Origin: Camelus dromedarius
Lineage: Eukaryota
NCBI RefSeq assembly: GCF_036321535.1
Contig: NC_087436.1
Span: 117,864,001 to 117,928,000, forward strand
Reading direction: 5' to 3'
DNA length: 64,000 bases
This document shows, in pieces, positions 12,311-25,860 of this stretch. A program made the translations under genes and the position numbers. The notes under the pieces are model-generated. The model saw only the letters and a program-made list of their open reading frames with translations, searched no databases and had not been told where the DNA came from. Every line of letters starts with the position of its first letter. Position 1 is the first letter of the stretch.

Positions 12311-13024
12311 TATCCTCAGGATACACAGACAAGGCGGGTCCCAGCAGCCCCAGTCTACACTCCAAGAGGAAGCTGAGGCTCCCAATGGTTGGATGACCCC
12401 TCGGAGGGCACACAGGACCACATCTTGACCCTTGAATCTATATCCTGGCTTGTCTGAGTGCAAAGCAGGTGCTCACTCCTCTGTGAACCACGGTGGCTGC
12501 TACAGGGAACAAAACATCACACACACATGTGCACACGCACACCCCACCAGATATCATGAATTGCTGGTGAAATTATGGGTCCACTGGGAAAAAAGCACAG
12601 CAGGGGAAAACAGCCCTCACTGAGTCAGAGCCGTTCCCTGGCACGCTGCACTCACTGGCTTAGGTAGGGCTGGCCAGGCTGCCCTCACCCGCAGCTTCTC
12701 CAGGGCTCCAGGATGGTGGCCATAGGCGTGATCTGCTCTCTAGGTCAGGAGCTGTGCGCACTCAGTGAGGAAACGCAGGGCAGGAGAATTTGATCAGGTA
12801 GAGGGTTTCTGACTAAGTGTGGCGTAGAGAGTTCATCCGAAAATCTCTCAACTCACTCCTTCATTCAGCATGTTGTTACTAGGTTCCTACTCCGTGTGGC
12901 ATTAAGGGAGTGCCGCGGATGCAGGTAAGTAAAACGTGGGGTCTTCTCTTGGCAGCAGGTGTGCAAAGCTTGAAATCAAGGCTACAATGAGGTATCCGCT
13001 CCCCACTCCATGAGAAGGGCTGCA

Positions 13025-13825
13025 GCAGAGCAAAAACTAAACAGAACCAATTGGTGGATAGATAGATAGATAGATAGATAGACAGACAGGCAGACAGATA
13101 CTGATATTTACAGCTACATTTATATCTATATATTTAGATCTATGTGTGTCTACATATATGTCTATCATATATACATACATATGTGTGTGTGTATGTATGT
13201 ATGTGTGTGTGTGTGTGTGTGTATATATATAGAGAGAGAGGGTGGTGGGGAGGACTCAGGCAAGGTTTCTAGGATGTAGTCTTAAGGACAATTCCTTCCT
13301 CTTCTGGAAATTTCAGTCTTTACTTGTTCAAGCCTTCAACTGATTAGGTGAGGCCCACTCACACTGCACAGTGTCATCTGCTCTACTCAATGGCCGTTGA
13401 TTTATTTTTTCTAATTTTTGAAAATGTTTATACAATTTTAAGGATTTCTCTCCATTTAAAGTTATTACAAAATATTGGCTCTATTCCCCAATACATCCTT
13501 AAACCTATCTTACACCCAATAGTTTCCACCTCCCACTCCCCCACCCCTCTGTTGCCCCCTCCCCTCCCCTCCCCCTACTGGTAACCACTGGTTTGTTCTC
13601 TGTGCGTGTGAGTGTGCTTCTTTGTGGTTATACTCACTAGGTTGTTGTATTTTGTAGATTCCACATATAAGCGATATCATACAGTATTTGTCTTTCTCTG
13701 TCCATAAAGCCCATAAATGTTAATCCCACCTAAGAAGTGCCTTCGCAGGACGTCTAGACTGGTGTGCAAGCAAACCACGGGGCCCGGCCGCCTTACCAAG
13801 GGGGCGCGTGGGGTTAAACATCACA
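13025..13825 (-). mobile_element. MLT2-like ERVL LTR carrying microsatellites and an inserted L1 3' fragment (~13400-13700)
   Basis: CAGAACCAAT followed by (GATA)n/(TG)n/(GA)n, then CCTTCAACTGATTAGGTGAGGCCCAC and AAATGTTAATC...AACATCACA, split by L1 sequence. Confidence 0.7.
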
Positions 13826-14574
13826 CCACTCTGTGACCGGGGCTGAGCCTCTCTGGGCCTCAGCACCCATCTCTGTGAACTATGGACAACCAATTTGCAG
13901 CGGTTAGGAGCCCTCGAGTCGGAAATGAACTTTAAAGTGCTGAGCATCATGCCTGGTGCACAGGAAGTGAGAAAGGAGTGTCCCATCCTCCCGGCCTCCT
14001 CAGAGGAGACTCAGCTTGGGAGCCGGGTATCACGAGGGACCCTGTGTCTGGGCACAGGGAGCCCACAAGGTCTGGGTCGGCGAGAGCCAGGCTGGGGCTG
14101 ACAAAGCAGGGGACCTCGCTTGGAGGCAAGGCAGCGGCTGCTTCCCCTTCCCGAGACAGAGCCTCTTTCGGAAGGAGAAAAACAATCCCAGACACCAGGA
14201 AAAGGGGCCGCCCCTGGTCTGGCTGCATTTCTCCACCTTAAGTATTGCCGTGGAATAAATCTGCTGTCAGAGGGCTGCAGACCCCCCAGTGAGGACGAGG
14301 CCAGAGCTCCTCGAATTCTGGCAGCGTCTCTCCAGAGATACAGATCAAAGGGCCTCTCTCTGCATTATTCTGCAAGGACGTCCACTCGGGCTTGCCTGCC
14401 TGTGTTCCGTGGGAAGGCGACGTGCGTGCCTGTTGATCCTGCAATCCAGGGCAGAGGCTCTCCCTGCAGGGCCCCATGGTCTTTCTTCTGCCTCTTCTTT
14501 CCAGCTCTGTCTGCTCAGCACCCCTTCGCATCCCGGATCAAAGTCTCAGTCATGCTGACCTGTTCTCCGTCCGC

Positions 14575-14970
14575 ACTGGGGTGAACAGTGCCCCCCACCC
14601 AGATTCATCTTCACCGGGAGCCTGTGAATGGGACCTCATTTGGAAATAAGATCTTTGCAGCTGTGATTAAGATGAGGTCGTATTGGATTGGGTGGACCTT
14701 AATCCAGTATGACTGGTGTCCTCCAATGTGACTGAGACATAAGGTAGAGGGCTACGTGAAGACGTGCAGGGGTTGCGGTGATGTGTCTGCAAGCCAAGAG
14801 CAGCAGCAACCACCAGAAACAGGGAGGAGGTAAGGATTGTTCCCTAGATTCTTCAGAAAGGCCCTGCTGACACCTTGACTTTGGACTGGGCCCGGAACTG
14901 TGAGAGGAAAAGTCTCTGCAGGCTGAAGCCCCTCTGGCTGTGGTTCCCTGTTACAACAGCTGCAGACACC
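14575..14970 (+). mobile_element. MLT1B/C-like LTR
   Basis: GACCTCATTTGGAAATAAGATCTTTGCAG...TTAATCCAGTATGACTGGTGTCC...CCTGCTGACACCTTGACTTTGGAC. Confidence 0.8.
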
Positions 14971-17487
14971 AGCACACAGCTCAGTGGTAACTCCCCACCC
15001 AGCCTATCCCAGCACATCCCCAGATGCCCCGCTCTGGGAAGCCTGCTCTGGGCCCTCTGCCCCTCAGTGCTCCCCCTCAGTTCCTCAGTTCCCTCCCCCC
15101 AAGTGCTGACCCAGTCTCACTGTCACTGTCTGGACCCACCTGCCACCCCTAGACAAGGGGCTCTGGGTGAAGGTCCCTCTGCGCCACCCCCGCCTCTCAG
15201 CGCTCCTGGTGCACAGCAGGCACCCCATAAATGCATCCCCAGGACCCAGAGCCTGGAGGGCAGACCTCGGCACAGTACCTTTCTAGGGTTTGGGCTCGGC
15301 TATGAGGCCATGACAAAGTGTTTATTTCTGGACTCGCCAACCTGGAGGTGTAAACATATACCTGGTCGAGACACAGCCATTCCTATCTTGGACTTCAAAA
15401 TAAACTCATCTCCGTAATTGATAGTCTCCACACATCACAGGCCCTTATTAAGCCTGGCAGGGCCTCTGAAGAGCAGGAAGGTCACCCAAGGGCACGGAGA
15501 GAGGCTCCTGGCTCCCCTGGGTAGAGCTCTCACACCCCACCTGCTAGTGAGGGAATCAGTGCCTCCTGCTCCTCCCTCCACTCCCCTCCTCTCTCCTCCA
15601 TCCCTCCTCCTCCTCTTCCTCCTTTCCCTCTCCTTCTCCTCCTCCCTACTCCTGTCTCCTCCTCCCTGTCCTCCTCTCTCTTCCCCATCCCCTCCCTCCT
15701 CCAGCTTTTCCTGACTGTGAAGGGACCACCCTTGTCTACAGTCTCTGCCACTAGGAGCTTGGCAGTCCATCCCCTCTGCACCCACATCGGGGCAGTCACC
15801 AAACTCTGTCAATTCTCCCTGCTCTGTGTCTTGCAGAGTTTACACCGCTGCCCACCCCACACCCCCACAGCCCTCCCTGCGTTAGAAACAGCTCTCAGAC
15901 TTGCTCTTGCTTCCCTTCTCTCTCCCAGCGCACCCCCTTCATTGATCCACAGGTGTCCTGCCAGAGGAAGTCCGCCTAGGGGCCGCCCCCTGCCCGAGTC
16001 CCTCAGTGGCTCCCCATGGTCTCTGGGTTAAAGATCTCACTGTTCAGCCCCATCAACAAAGCCCTTTGGGATGCAGTTCCCAGCATTAGCCATCTCCAAG
16101 GGCTGCCTTCATGGTCTATATTCCACTCCATCCAGAATGAGTCACACAGCATACAAGGCAGGTCAAACCCAAGCCTTTGAAAATGCTTTTCCCTCTTCCC
16201 TGAGCTTTTCCAGTCTGTTAAGCTCCTACTTACCCCTTCCAGGCTTGGGTCACATGTCTGCTCTTTTTGAGTCCATCTGATGTCAGGGCTATGCCATCTG
16301 CAGACTTCCCAGCTCCCTTTGTGGAAGAAGTGGGATCATGGGTCTAGCGCTTGTTAGCAGAGGGCTCATGTGGGCCAGCCCCTCATGGGCAGGTAACCCG
16401 TGCCCACAGATGGAGCAGTCGACGTTAAGACAGGGTCCTCTGGCAGGTGAGTGGGTGCTTATGTTGTCATGACAACAAGCAGTGGTTGGCCCCAAGAGCC
16501 TGGCCTGTCCTTGGCTCCCTATAGACCTTGTCCCCCCCCCCTTCAAAAAGCAGCAAATGTCTGATTTATCTTTGCCTCCCCAGGAGCTAGTCTGCACCTG
16601 GGCCAAACTGGGTCAACAGATGTTCATCTGATAAATGAGAGGAACAATCTGTAATGTAAAGAGCAGACAAAAGATGGAGGATGGGGGCAGAAAAAACAAG
16701 GTTGAAACACATACTCAGTTAATCTCAAAACTTGTACTCAAGGGCCCATCATGGTACCCATTCTACAGATTTGAAAACTGAGGCCCAGGAAGGTCCAAGT
16801 GAATTGCCCCCAAATCACACTTCTGTATGAATCTGTGACACAAATTCACATCTGTCTTATTCTTTCAATGATCTGTGGTCATTTTCATGAACCTCTGTCA
16901 AGCTGGGTATCACCTCTTCCATTCCTGTGCAACTGAGTTTTCCAATGCCACTTCTAATTTGCCAATACAAGTTTTCTTCCTCTTTATAGAAGTAGTGTGT
17001 GCTCATTTTAAAGAATGAGGAAACTAAAGAAAATTATGTATTTAAAGCAACAAATACAATCTCCATGAATCACGTCACCCCAGGACAACTTCTGTTAAAA
17101 CTTTTTTTTTCCTAATCCTTTTTCTGTGTTTGTATTTATTGTATACATGGTTAGAAGTAGGTTTCTAATGCCATTTTAAATCCTGATTATTTTTTTTTCA
17201 CATAATACAGTATCTTAAGCATTTCTCCATATCATTGGAAACTCTTCAGAAGCACAGATTTTTAACTTTTTTATTAAGCACTTACCAAGTGTCAGGGACT
17301 GTCCTAGATCTGGGTTTACATTCATGATTTGCTGTGTAGATGTACCGTCACTTATCCAGCCTTTCTCTGACAGTTAGGCATTTAAGTGGTTTGGGGTTTT
17401 CACTATTATAATAATTCTGTAGTAAACATTTATCAGCATAAATTTCTATGCATGCTTGGATAAACAATGAAGTTTTAAAAATTAGTT

Positions 17488-17878
17488 GTTGCAATGGACT
17501 GAGTTGTGTTCCCTCCCCCAAATTCATTTATCGGAGCCTATCCCTAAGTGTGACTGTATTTGGAGATAGGGCTTTTAGGAGGTAATTAAGGTTAAATAAG
17601 GTCACAGGGTGGGGCCCTAATCCCATGGGACTAGCGGCCTTTAAGAAGAGGGGAAGAGTCCTCTGACTTCATGCACACACACTAGAGAAAGGCCCTGCGA
17701 GGGCACAGCAAGGGGGCGGCCGCCTGTAAGCCGCGGAGAGAGGCCTCGCAGGAGCCTGCCCATCCTGGCACCCTGAGCTTGGGCTTCTAGCCTCCAAAGC
17801 TGTGAGGAAAGAAATGTCTGTTGTTTAAGCCCCCCAGTTTGTGGTGTTTTGCTGTGGCAGCCTGAGATGACTAAGACA
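17488..17878 (+). mobile_element. MLT1A-like LTR
   Basis: TGGACTGAGTTGTGTTCCC...TGTATTTGGAGATAGGG...TGTTGTTTAAGCCCCCCAGTTTGTGG...ACTAAGACA. Confidence 0.85.
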
Positions 17879-19029
17879 AATGTCGTGTTCATGAGCTCAG
17901 TTGTGATGAAGGCTTCGTGGGGGTTTAAGTTTGTGGAAGCTTAACAGATCATACCCTTTGAGTAGGTATGTCTTATTGTGTTTGATTATAACTCAATAAA
18001 ATTGTTTTCAGCAAACATCTGTGTTTAGGTTGAAAGGCACCGTAATTCACCATCCCTGCAGGATTCCACGCAAGACCTTCTCATCCACATCAGTGTCATT
18101 TCCAGGTTGGGTCACTCATTACATCCCAGACCATGAGATTGAGCTCCCCAGAGGCTCCGCCACTCCTCAGCTGGGTGCCCTTGGGCAAGACCCATCCCTC
18201 TCTGAGCCTCAGTTTCCTCGCCTGTAGAGTAGGGATGGCGACATCTTCTACTTGGGTCGCTAGGAGCAGAGACTGGTTAGCCACCTGGGCAGAGAGGTTG
18301 GTGCATGGGAAATGCTTCGGACTGTCTGTTTTTAGTATTATTGCCATGAGAAAATCATGAACGCTCTAGTCAGATGCTCAATTAAGTGCAGGAAGAGCAA
18401 GTCTTCCCCACTCCGAAGACTGATGGCGGATCAGGCTCCGCAGTGAACACATAGGCCAGCTTTGTCAAGCCATTGCATCAGATCACCCAGGGGGCTGGTT
18501 TTGAATGCAGACTTCTGGCCCCTGGCCAAATTGACCGAATTCAATCCTCTAGAATTGGGCCCTGGAATGGGCACTGTCCTGTGCATCGGGAGAAATTCTG
18601 AGAACTACTCCCTGCGCTCCACCCATCATATTAATGAGAATATTGCCAGCTCTCGCTCTTGAGCTTTTGCCTAGCTCCAGGCACAGAGCTGAGGACACAG
18701 GATGGACAGTCTCAGTCCACCCATGGTACATCCAGGTGAGGTGGGGATCGTAGTGTCCCCATTTGTCCGGAGGGAAAGGTGAGGCTCAGACACTTTGTCA
18801 CTTGCTCCAAGTCATACCGCAGAGCCGAGTTTCCAGTCAGGGCCTGTCTTATTTTGAAAGGCTGTGCTTTCACTCACTGCACCAGCTGACACATCCATCA
18901 TTCAAAAGACGTTCCTTAAGTACTTGTGAAGTGCCAGGTTTGGGCTGAGGTGCTGGAAACTAATAGTGAACAAACAGGCAAGGTTTCTCCCTACATTGCA
19001 ACAGTGAGAAATGGGCATTTAAAAAGTAT

Positions 19030-19370
19030 AGCAGTCAGGAGAAAATAGGTTGTGCTACAGTAACAAACAACCCCTCAATCTCCATGCTGAATACAAGTTT
19101 ATTTTCTTGCTCACGCTGCACATCTACCACAGGTCACCAGGGGGCCTCTGCTCATCACTGGGGACCAGACTGATGGAGTAGTTACCTTCTAAACATTGCC
19201 AGTCACCATGCCTGCGAGAAAGGGCGCTCTGCAGGGTGGCGCAACAGCTATTAAGTCTTTCACTGGAATTGACGCAAGTTACTTCTGCTCACAGATCACT
19301 GGCTAAAGCCAGTCACATGGCCCCATCCACCAATAAGGAGACAGGAAAGGCTGTGTTGGGACCTCCCATG
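19030..19370 (-). mobile_element. Old MLT1 (K/L-like) LTR
   Basis: AGTCAGGAGAAAATAGGTTGTGCTACAGTAACAAACAACCCC...GGCTAAAGCCAGTCACATGGCC. Confidence 0.65.
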
Positions 19371-19844
19371 TGCCTGAGGGAGGGAACACGCCACTGACGA
19401 CCATTAAAAATAAACTCCTGGCAAATGAAACTCATTTACAATCAGGATGACTGCGAGGGTTGTGGGGTAAAGTGATCGAAGCGCAAAGGGCAGGAGGTCC
19501 TCTAGATGGGACTGGCTGGATAAGTGACATTTGAGCTGTTGGAGGAACATTAACTTTAGGTTAAGGGAAGCGACTGCTTTGATAAACTGTGTTTGGCAAA
19601 TAACTTGATTTGATTAGGTTCCAGTTGTTAAGAAACCCCAAAAGATCTTAGCTGTATTCCTGGTAATGTCAATTCTTCTCCTGAGCAACCCTGGAAAAGA
19701 CACTGTCCTTGCTGAATCTCAATTTCCCCATCTGTGAAATGGGCAGTGGCCCTGCTAAGGGGCCCTAAATCAGCCGTCCTCAGGACAGATGAAGCCTGAA
19801 GAGCTCTTGTTGTTGCTGTTGGTTAAATTAATGGCCAGCATTTT

Positions 19845-20543
19845 CTTTTTTTTTTTAAATTGAGGTATAGTCAGTTACAATGTGTCCATTTCTGCTGTAC
19901 AGCACGATGTTCTAGTCATGCATATATACACATGTATTCATATTCTTTTTCATTAAAGGTTATTACAAAATATTGAATATAGTTCCCTGTGCTATACAGA
20001 AGAAATTTTTAAATCTATTTTTATATATAGTGGCTAACATTTGCACATCTCAAACTCCCAAATTTACCCCTTCCCACCTACTTTCCTCTGGTAACCATAA
20101 GATTGTTTACTATATCTGTGAGTCTGTTTCCATTTTGCAGATGAGTTCATTAGTGTTGTCTTTTTCTTTTCTTTTTTTAGATTCCGCATATGAGTGACAT
20201 CATATGGTATTTTTCTTTCTCTGTCTGATTTACTTCACTTAGAATGATGATCTCTAGGTCTATCCATGTTGCTGCAAATGGCATTATTTTATTCTTTTTA
20301 TGACAGAGTAGTATTCCATTGTATACATATACCACAACTTCTTTCTGCAGTCATCTGTTGATGGACATTTAGGTTGCTTTTATGTCCTTGCTATACAGTG
20401 CTGCTGTGAACATTAGGGTGCATATCTCTTTGAATTAAGAGTTCCTTTTAGATACATGCCCAGGAATGGGATTGTAGTGTAGGGGGTTCCCTTTTCTCCA
20501 CATCCTCTCCAGCATTTATAGCTCGTGGACTTTTTGATGATGA
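19845..20543 (-). mobile_element. 5'-truncated L1 (3' end) with target-site duplication
   Basis: Poly(T) then typical laurasiatherian L1 3' UTR; TSD AATGGCCAGC(A/G)TTTT at 19830-19844 and 20544-20558. Confidence 0.9.
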
Positions 20544-22859
20544 AATGGCCAGCGTTTTTAAATTGAGACATCCCTAATAAAAATCCAGGTCTCCAGCTTC
20601 TCTGAAAAGAGCCGTAGGGTGGGTGAGCTCTAGCCAGGAGTCCCACAGCACCAGCCACTGCACTGTGTTGGCTGCCTTCCTCCCAGGGGGCCAGTGCTGT
20701 GCTGGTCAGCAGAGCCTCACCCTGCCCAGGTCAACCTGGCCTTGGTCGAATCTTGGCAGTCTCTGTATTTTCTCATTTAGAGCTGGGGAAATTCTGTGTG
20801 TGTGTATGTGTGTCTGCATGAGCGTGCAAGCAAGTTGTGTGCGTATAGATGTGACGTGAGTACACGACTACACGTGAGTCTGTGTATGTATTTGAGTGGG
20901 GGTGGGGTTGCATAAGCGCTGAGTATGAGTGTGAGACTCCGACCGCAAATGAGTTGTGTGTGCGGGTATTGGAGTGTGTGTCCATGTTGTGAGTGGGTGT
21001 GCAAGTGTGTTTTCAGGAGGGCATTCAACAACAGAGTTGGAGGTTGCGAGCCAGGATTGTTGCTGATTGCCTCTGCATGAGAATAAGAACATTCAATTTG
21101 AAGACCCAGAGCGGAGGCAAGAAACACTAAACCCTGTTTCCTCTATTTCCTTAATCAAACCTTTTAATGTAATCTTATCCCCTATCTCGCAAATCCTAAT
21201 CCTTCCTTACTGGCTAGACCTCGGAACTGAAGGAGGGCTGGGGTCAGAGGCATTTCTCTTTCTGAAGGAAGTGATAGCGGGTCTACCTGTGGGGAGGGGG
21301 AAGGATGAAGGGAGAGCCGGGTCCCAGCTGATGAAAGAGGCCGGGTTAAGCCCCCTGCCCCGCGCTGTGTCTCCAAGTAACCCCCAGGGGAGCAGGAATC
21401 AGGCAAACAGGGCTTGTCCGGGCTCTGCACTGCATCAGGGTGGGCTCCCCACCCCCCAGAGCCCAGGCCTGGTCACCACAAAACTCAGCGGTTGCTGATG
21501 AAAGGCGGCCCTGGGAGATAACGAAGCACAGTCCCAGAGACCAGGTCAGGGCGGCGCAGTCCTCCCAGACCAGCTGAGCCACCTCTGACCCCAAGACCTC
21601 GGGGAGTGTCCCTCCCCGTCCTCCACCAGGGGAGGGGTGCTGAGACAGGACATCTCCGGCTGCCCTTTGGAAGTCTGCAGGGGCACCCGGCCCCGCCCCA
21701 GAGGAAGGAGCCACCGCCTTGCCGAGATTCCAGGACTGTGGTTTCCCCCTCCTATTTGTAATCATTTGGATGAGGTCAGAATTGAAATCAGTTTCCATGG
21801 TGAGAAAGGAGAGAGCCTTAGAAACAGACCCAGACAGCCATACACAGAGAGAAACCAGGAAAGAGACAGAGGGAGGGATGCCTACAGGGAGGCAGGAGAG
21901 GGAAAACAGAAAACGGCAGTGGGGACAGGGCGCTAAAGGTCCCCACCTGCGCCTGATGGCCAGTGGCTCATTTTACGAAATGCGTTGATCCGGCACTTGT
22001 GAGGGCCAGGAGGAGCGGTGTCAGGTGGGGTGGGAGCAGATGCCGAGCGCCCAGGATGGGAAGGGAAGGGTGGGTAGGAAGGGAGAGGGCACGAGGGAAG
22101 AAGACATAGGGAAGAGGAGGGTGCCAGGGGGTCTGGGACCACCCTAAGAAGGCAAGTGGCAGAGGTGGTGAAGAGCACGGCCACCTGAAGACACTGTGGG
22201 GTGCGGGCACAGAGACCCCCAGAGCCCAGGCAAGAAGGAGGCGGACCGAGCACCCTTGGCCTTGATCATCACCGCCCTCCCCAAACCCAGGGTCCTGCGA
22301 CCAGGCCTCCAGGTACCTCGCTGGAAGTAGGGCAGGAGAATGTGCCATGGGGGAGGCCATATGATGATGGTGGCAGGGACTAGAGGCCGCCTCCCCAAAG
22401 TCCCGGGAACTTCTCAGCTCAGCTCCTGCCCCGTTGAAGTCCTCGCTTTGGGGCCCTCAAACCGTCACCTGTGTGAACCCACTGACTGGTTCTGGGGCTC
22501 CTGCACTTGGTTCAGTTACCTACCAAATTCACACGTGGCTCAGAGACGTTGAGAAACCAATCTGAAGTCACACAGCTGACCATCGGCAGAGCCAGCAGTC
22601 AAACCAGGTCTGCGGTCTGCGATGACAAAGCCTGCACTCTGGCCACTGCCTCACATAGCCTTTCCTGAGCCAGAGGGTTGGACAGACGCCCCAGGAGCAT
22701 GGATGCCAAAGGTCGTGCTGACCCAAACGCGAGTTTGCAGACTCCAGCCCCACTCAGGATGCTTGGGGATCTTGTTAAAATGCAGATTTTGTCTGGCGTT
22801 CTAGGCGTGGCTAACCAGTGAGGCTGCTGCTGCCGTCTGGGGACCACACTTGGAGTCGT

Positions 22860-23120
22860 GCAGGGTTCAGCTGTCCAGAGCAAAGTACCACTGACTGGGG
22901 GCTTTAAACAACAGAAACCTCTTCTCTCACAGCTCTGGAGGCCGGAAGTCCAAGACCAAGCTGTTGGCAGGGCCGTGTTCCTCCAAAGGCTCCAGGGAGT
23001 AGTGGCTGTCCCAGGCCTCTTTCCGCTTCTGGTGGCTGCTAGTGACCAAGGTTCCTTGTCTTGTGGCTGTGTCTATCCCATCTCTGCCTCTGTCACCACA
23101 TGGCCTTCTCCCTGGGTCTC
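22860..23120 (-). mobile_element. MLT1 LTR fragment
   Basis: GGCTTTAAACAACAGAAACCTCTTCTCTCACAGCTCTGGAGGCCGGAAGTCCAAG. Confidence 0.75.
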
Positions 23121-23619
23121 TGGGCCTCAGTAGGAACTGTCAGTCCATCCCCCTCCTGTCCCAGGTGCCTGCTGTCAGTTATCTGCACCGTTCCCCGCCG
23201 CAGCCCTACCTGAGGTCAGGGAACGTGCCAGGCCATCTCTAAGAGAAGGTCTAGTGACCAGAAACTGACTGAACGTAAGAGGAGGGCAGAGCACCCACTG
23301 CGTTGATTCTCCCACACAGCTTTCTGGTGTCCCTTCCTGAGGCTTCTTCTTGGGGTTGCTTTGAACCCCGACCTGTTTCCTTCCCTCGAGGCAGCTTCCA
23401 GCATTCCCCCAGGGAGGGCCTGACCCAGGGGCTGTTTCCTTCCTTGAGCCTCATGGATGACTTGGGAAGGGAGGGCGTTCTGCTGATCTGTCGACATCTG
23501 CTGCTCCTGACCCTGGAACACACACATCTTTCTGGCCAGCATCTTCCCATCAGAACCGTACCCAGAGCTTTATCTCAGCACAGAGGAAGGGGCGCGGAGT
23601 GCTCCTCTGTGTCAGCGAC

Positions 23620-23795
23620 TTCACCTGCATTCTCAGCAGCACTCTACTGTGCATCAGAGTCTCCTGGAGGGCGTGCTGGGCCCCACCCCAGACTTTCTGA
23701 CTCAGCAGCAGGTCAAGGGTGGGGCCTGAGGATCTGCATTTCTCACAAGTTCCCACGTGACATTGATGCAGCTGGTCCAGTTGAGAACATCACTT
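23620..23795. mobile_element. MER5A-like hAT DNA transposon (related pieces at ~18465-18610 and ~22730-22855)
   Basis: GCATCAGAGTCTCCTGGAGGGC...GGGCCCCACCCCAGA...GGTGGGGCCTGAGGATCTGCATTTCTCACAAGTTCCC. Confidence 0.75.
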
Positions 23796-25629
23796 TAGGG
23801 TGAATATCTAAGGTGGGTGTTGTTATCACTGTAGTATAAATGAGAAACGACAGGTTCAGAGAGGTAAGGTGATACGCCCAAAGCCACCCAGCTCACCTGG
23901 TTGTAATCTCTTCTGGATTATGACACCAGTCCCCAGCTGATCTTCCATGTTGGCCAACAACCCCCAACATGTTAGCTGCCCCCGCTTAAGTGCCTGCCAC
24001 CCTGCCCCGACTCCCTAGGGTCACCCGCCCCCACAGAGCCTCTGCCTTTATGGAGACAGGAGAGACTGATCTCAGACACAGCAACCCCAGTGCCAGGTGG
24101 GATGGGCACGTTCCTATGAACAGAAGGACCAGCCAGAAGCTCTGGAAACTGGTGGAAAAGGGACGGCTTCCAGATGGGAGAGGAGATTCAAGGAAGGCCT
24201 CATGCAAGAAGGACTTCTGAGCAGAGCCCAGGAGGATGGCTAAGCTTCCAAGATGGATTCGACTTAATCACTATGTGGATCCTCCACTTTTTCGCTTAAG
24301 TCCCCTCCCATCCTTCCAACCAGCTCATTCCACTCTCCCAAGAGCAGACAGGAGGGGGAGAGGTAGGGAAAGGTGAAAGGAGGAGGGGAAGCAGGAGCGG
24401 GAGGGAGGGAGAGAAGAGGGGAGGGGGAGGGGGAGGGGGAGGGACGGGGTCTCAGCTGCGGCTGCTGCTGTTGGGAGGGGGGGTGGGGGGTCACATCCAG
24501 AGCTCCCAGGCACAGTGACTTTGCAGAACCACCAGGAGCCAGTGTGAGTCTGTGTGACAGGTGGAGGTTAAACGCAGCCACAAGGCTCAAGTTGGGAAGC
24601 CATTCTTCAATTTCTAATAAAAACCCTGAAGTAGGGATGACGCACAATAAATCAACCATCCACGAGTCCCATCCCAGGGTAATCTTTTCAATTATCTGCT
24701 TGCTCAGTGCGTGTCTCCTAAGATGATCAGAAATGGGCAGCAGGGGACGCCTGCCCTGGCCAGGGGACAGGGAGGCCCGAGCGGCGTTAAGCTGATGGAA
24801 TCCCACACCTGGAAGGCCAGGCTGGCCAGAGTCAGAAGACGGCTGAGCAGGGAGGCTTCCAGGGAGAAAGGGGCTTCAAAGAGTGGGCAGGAGATCAGGG
24901 GCCAGGGAACTGTCTCCTGGTCCAGGACACACAGACTGGTCCATCCGCAGCATCTCAGAAACGACTCTCTGAGCACCTGCCAGTCTCCAGATGCTAGAGA
25001 CAGAGCAGGGAGCAAGGCCAGGTCCTGCCCTCATGGAACTGGTCTTCCAGTGGAGGAAAGAGACAACAGACATAGATAGGGCAGACTGTGAAGGAAACAG
25101 GCAGAGTGAGATGGGCAGAAGTGGCCCAGGAAGGCCTCTCTGAGGAGCTGTACTTGAGTTTCTCAAATCGGCTCTATCACTCACAATGCTGAGTGACGTG
25201 GAGGAAGTTACTTAACCTCTCTGAACCTGTGTGAAGGCTCCGCAAAGGGGAGGCGATATCAGCACGTGGTGGGAGTTGCAGAAGAGGGAGCTGCTTGCCA
25301 CTTGCTTTTTTACTCACCTCTCCCTCCCAAATTATCCTCCCTCAGGAAACTGCCACTTCTACTCTCATTCCTCCCAGGAGCCTTCCCTGATTTCCAAGTA
25401 GAACACTACTTCTGCATCCTGTGTGGGACCCCAGAACCTGGCCTTCCCTGCTCTGAAGGACCCCTCCCTCTCGCCTGTGCGTTGCAGAGATTTCCTTTCA
25501 TGTCTTTTTACCCCTAATAGACTGAGAACTCCTTAGGGCCAGGGTCCCAGTCTGAAGTGACCCTGTGGGCCCCTCAAGCCTAGCATAAGACATGGCTTAG
25601 AGACAGATGCTCAGGTATCTCCTCCCCTG

Positions 25630-25860
25630 AAGGATGGATGGGTGGTTGGTGAATGGGTGGAGGGTAGACAGATGGATAGGTAGATCGACAGGCAGGTAAG
25701 TAAATGAATAATGTCATGGATGGATGGATGGATAAATGGATGGATGAGTGGATGGATGGATGAGTGGATGGATGGATGATGGAGGGATGGTTGGATGATG
25801 GAGGGATGGATGGATGGGTGGCAGAATAGCTGAGCTGGCAGATGGATGAGTAAATAAATA
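25630..25860. repeat. (GGAT)n-type simple repeat
   Basis: Degenerate TGGA/GGAT tandem array. Confidence 0.9.
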
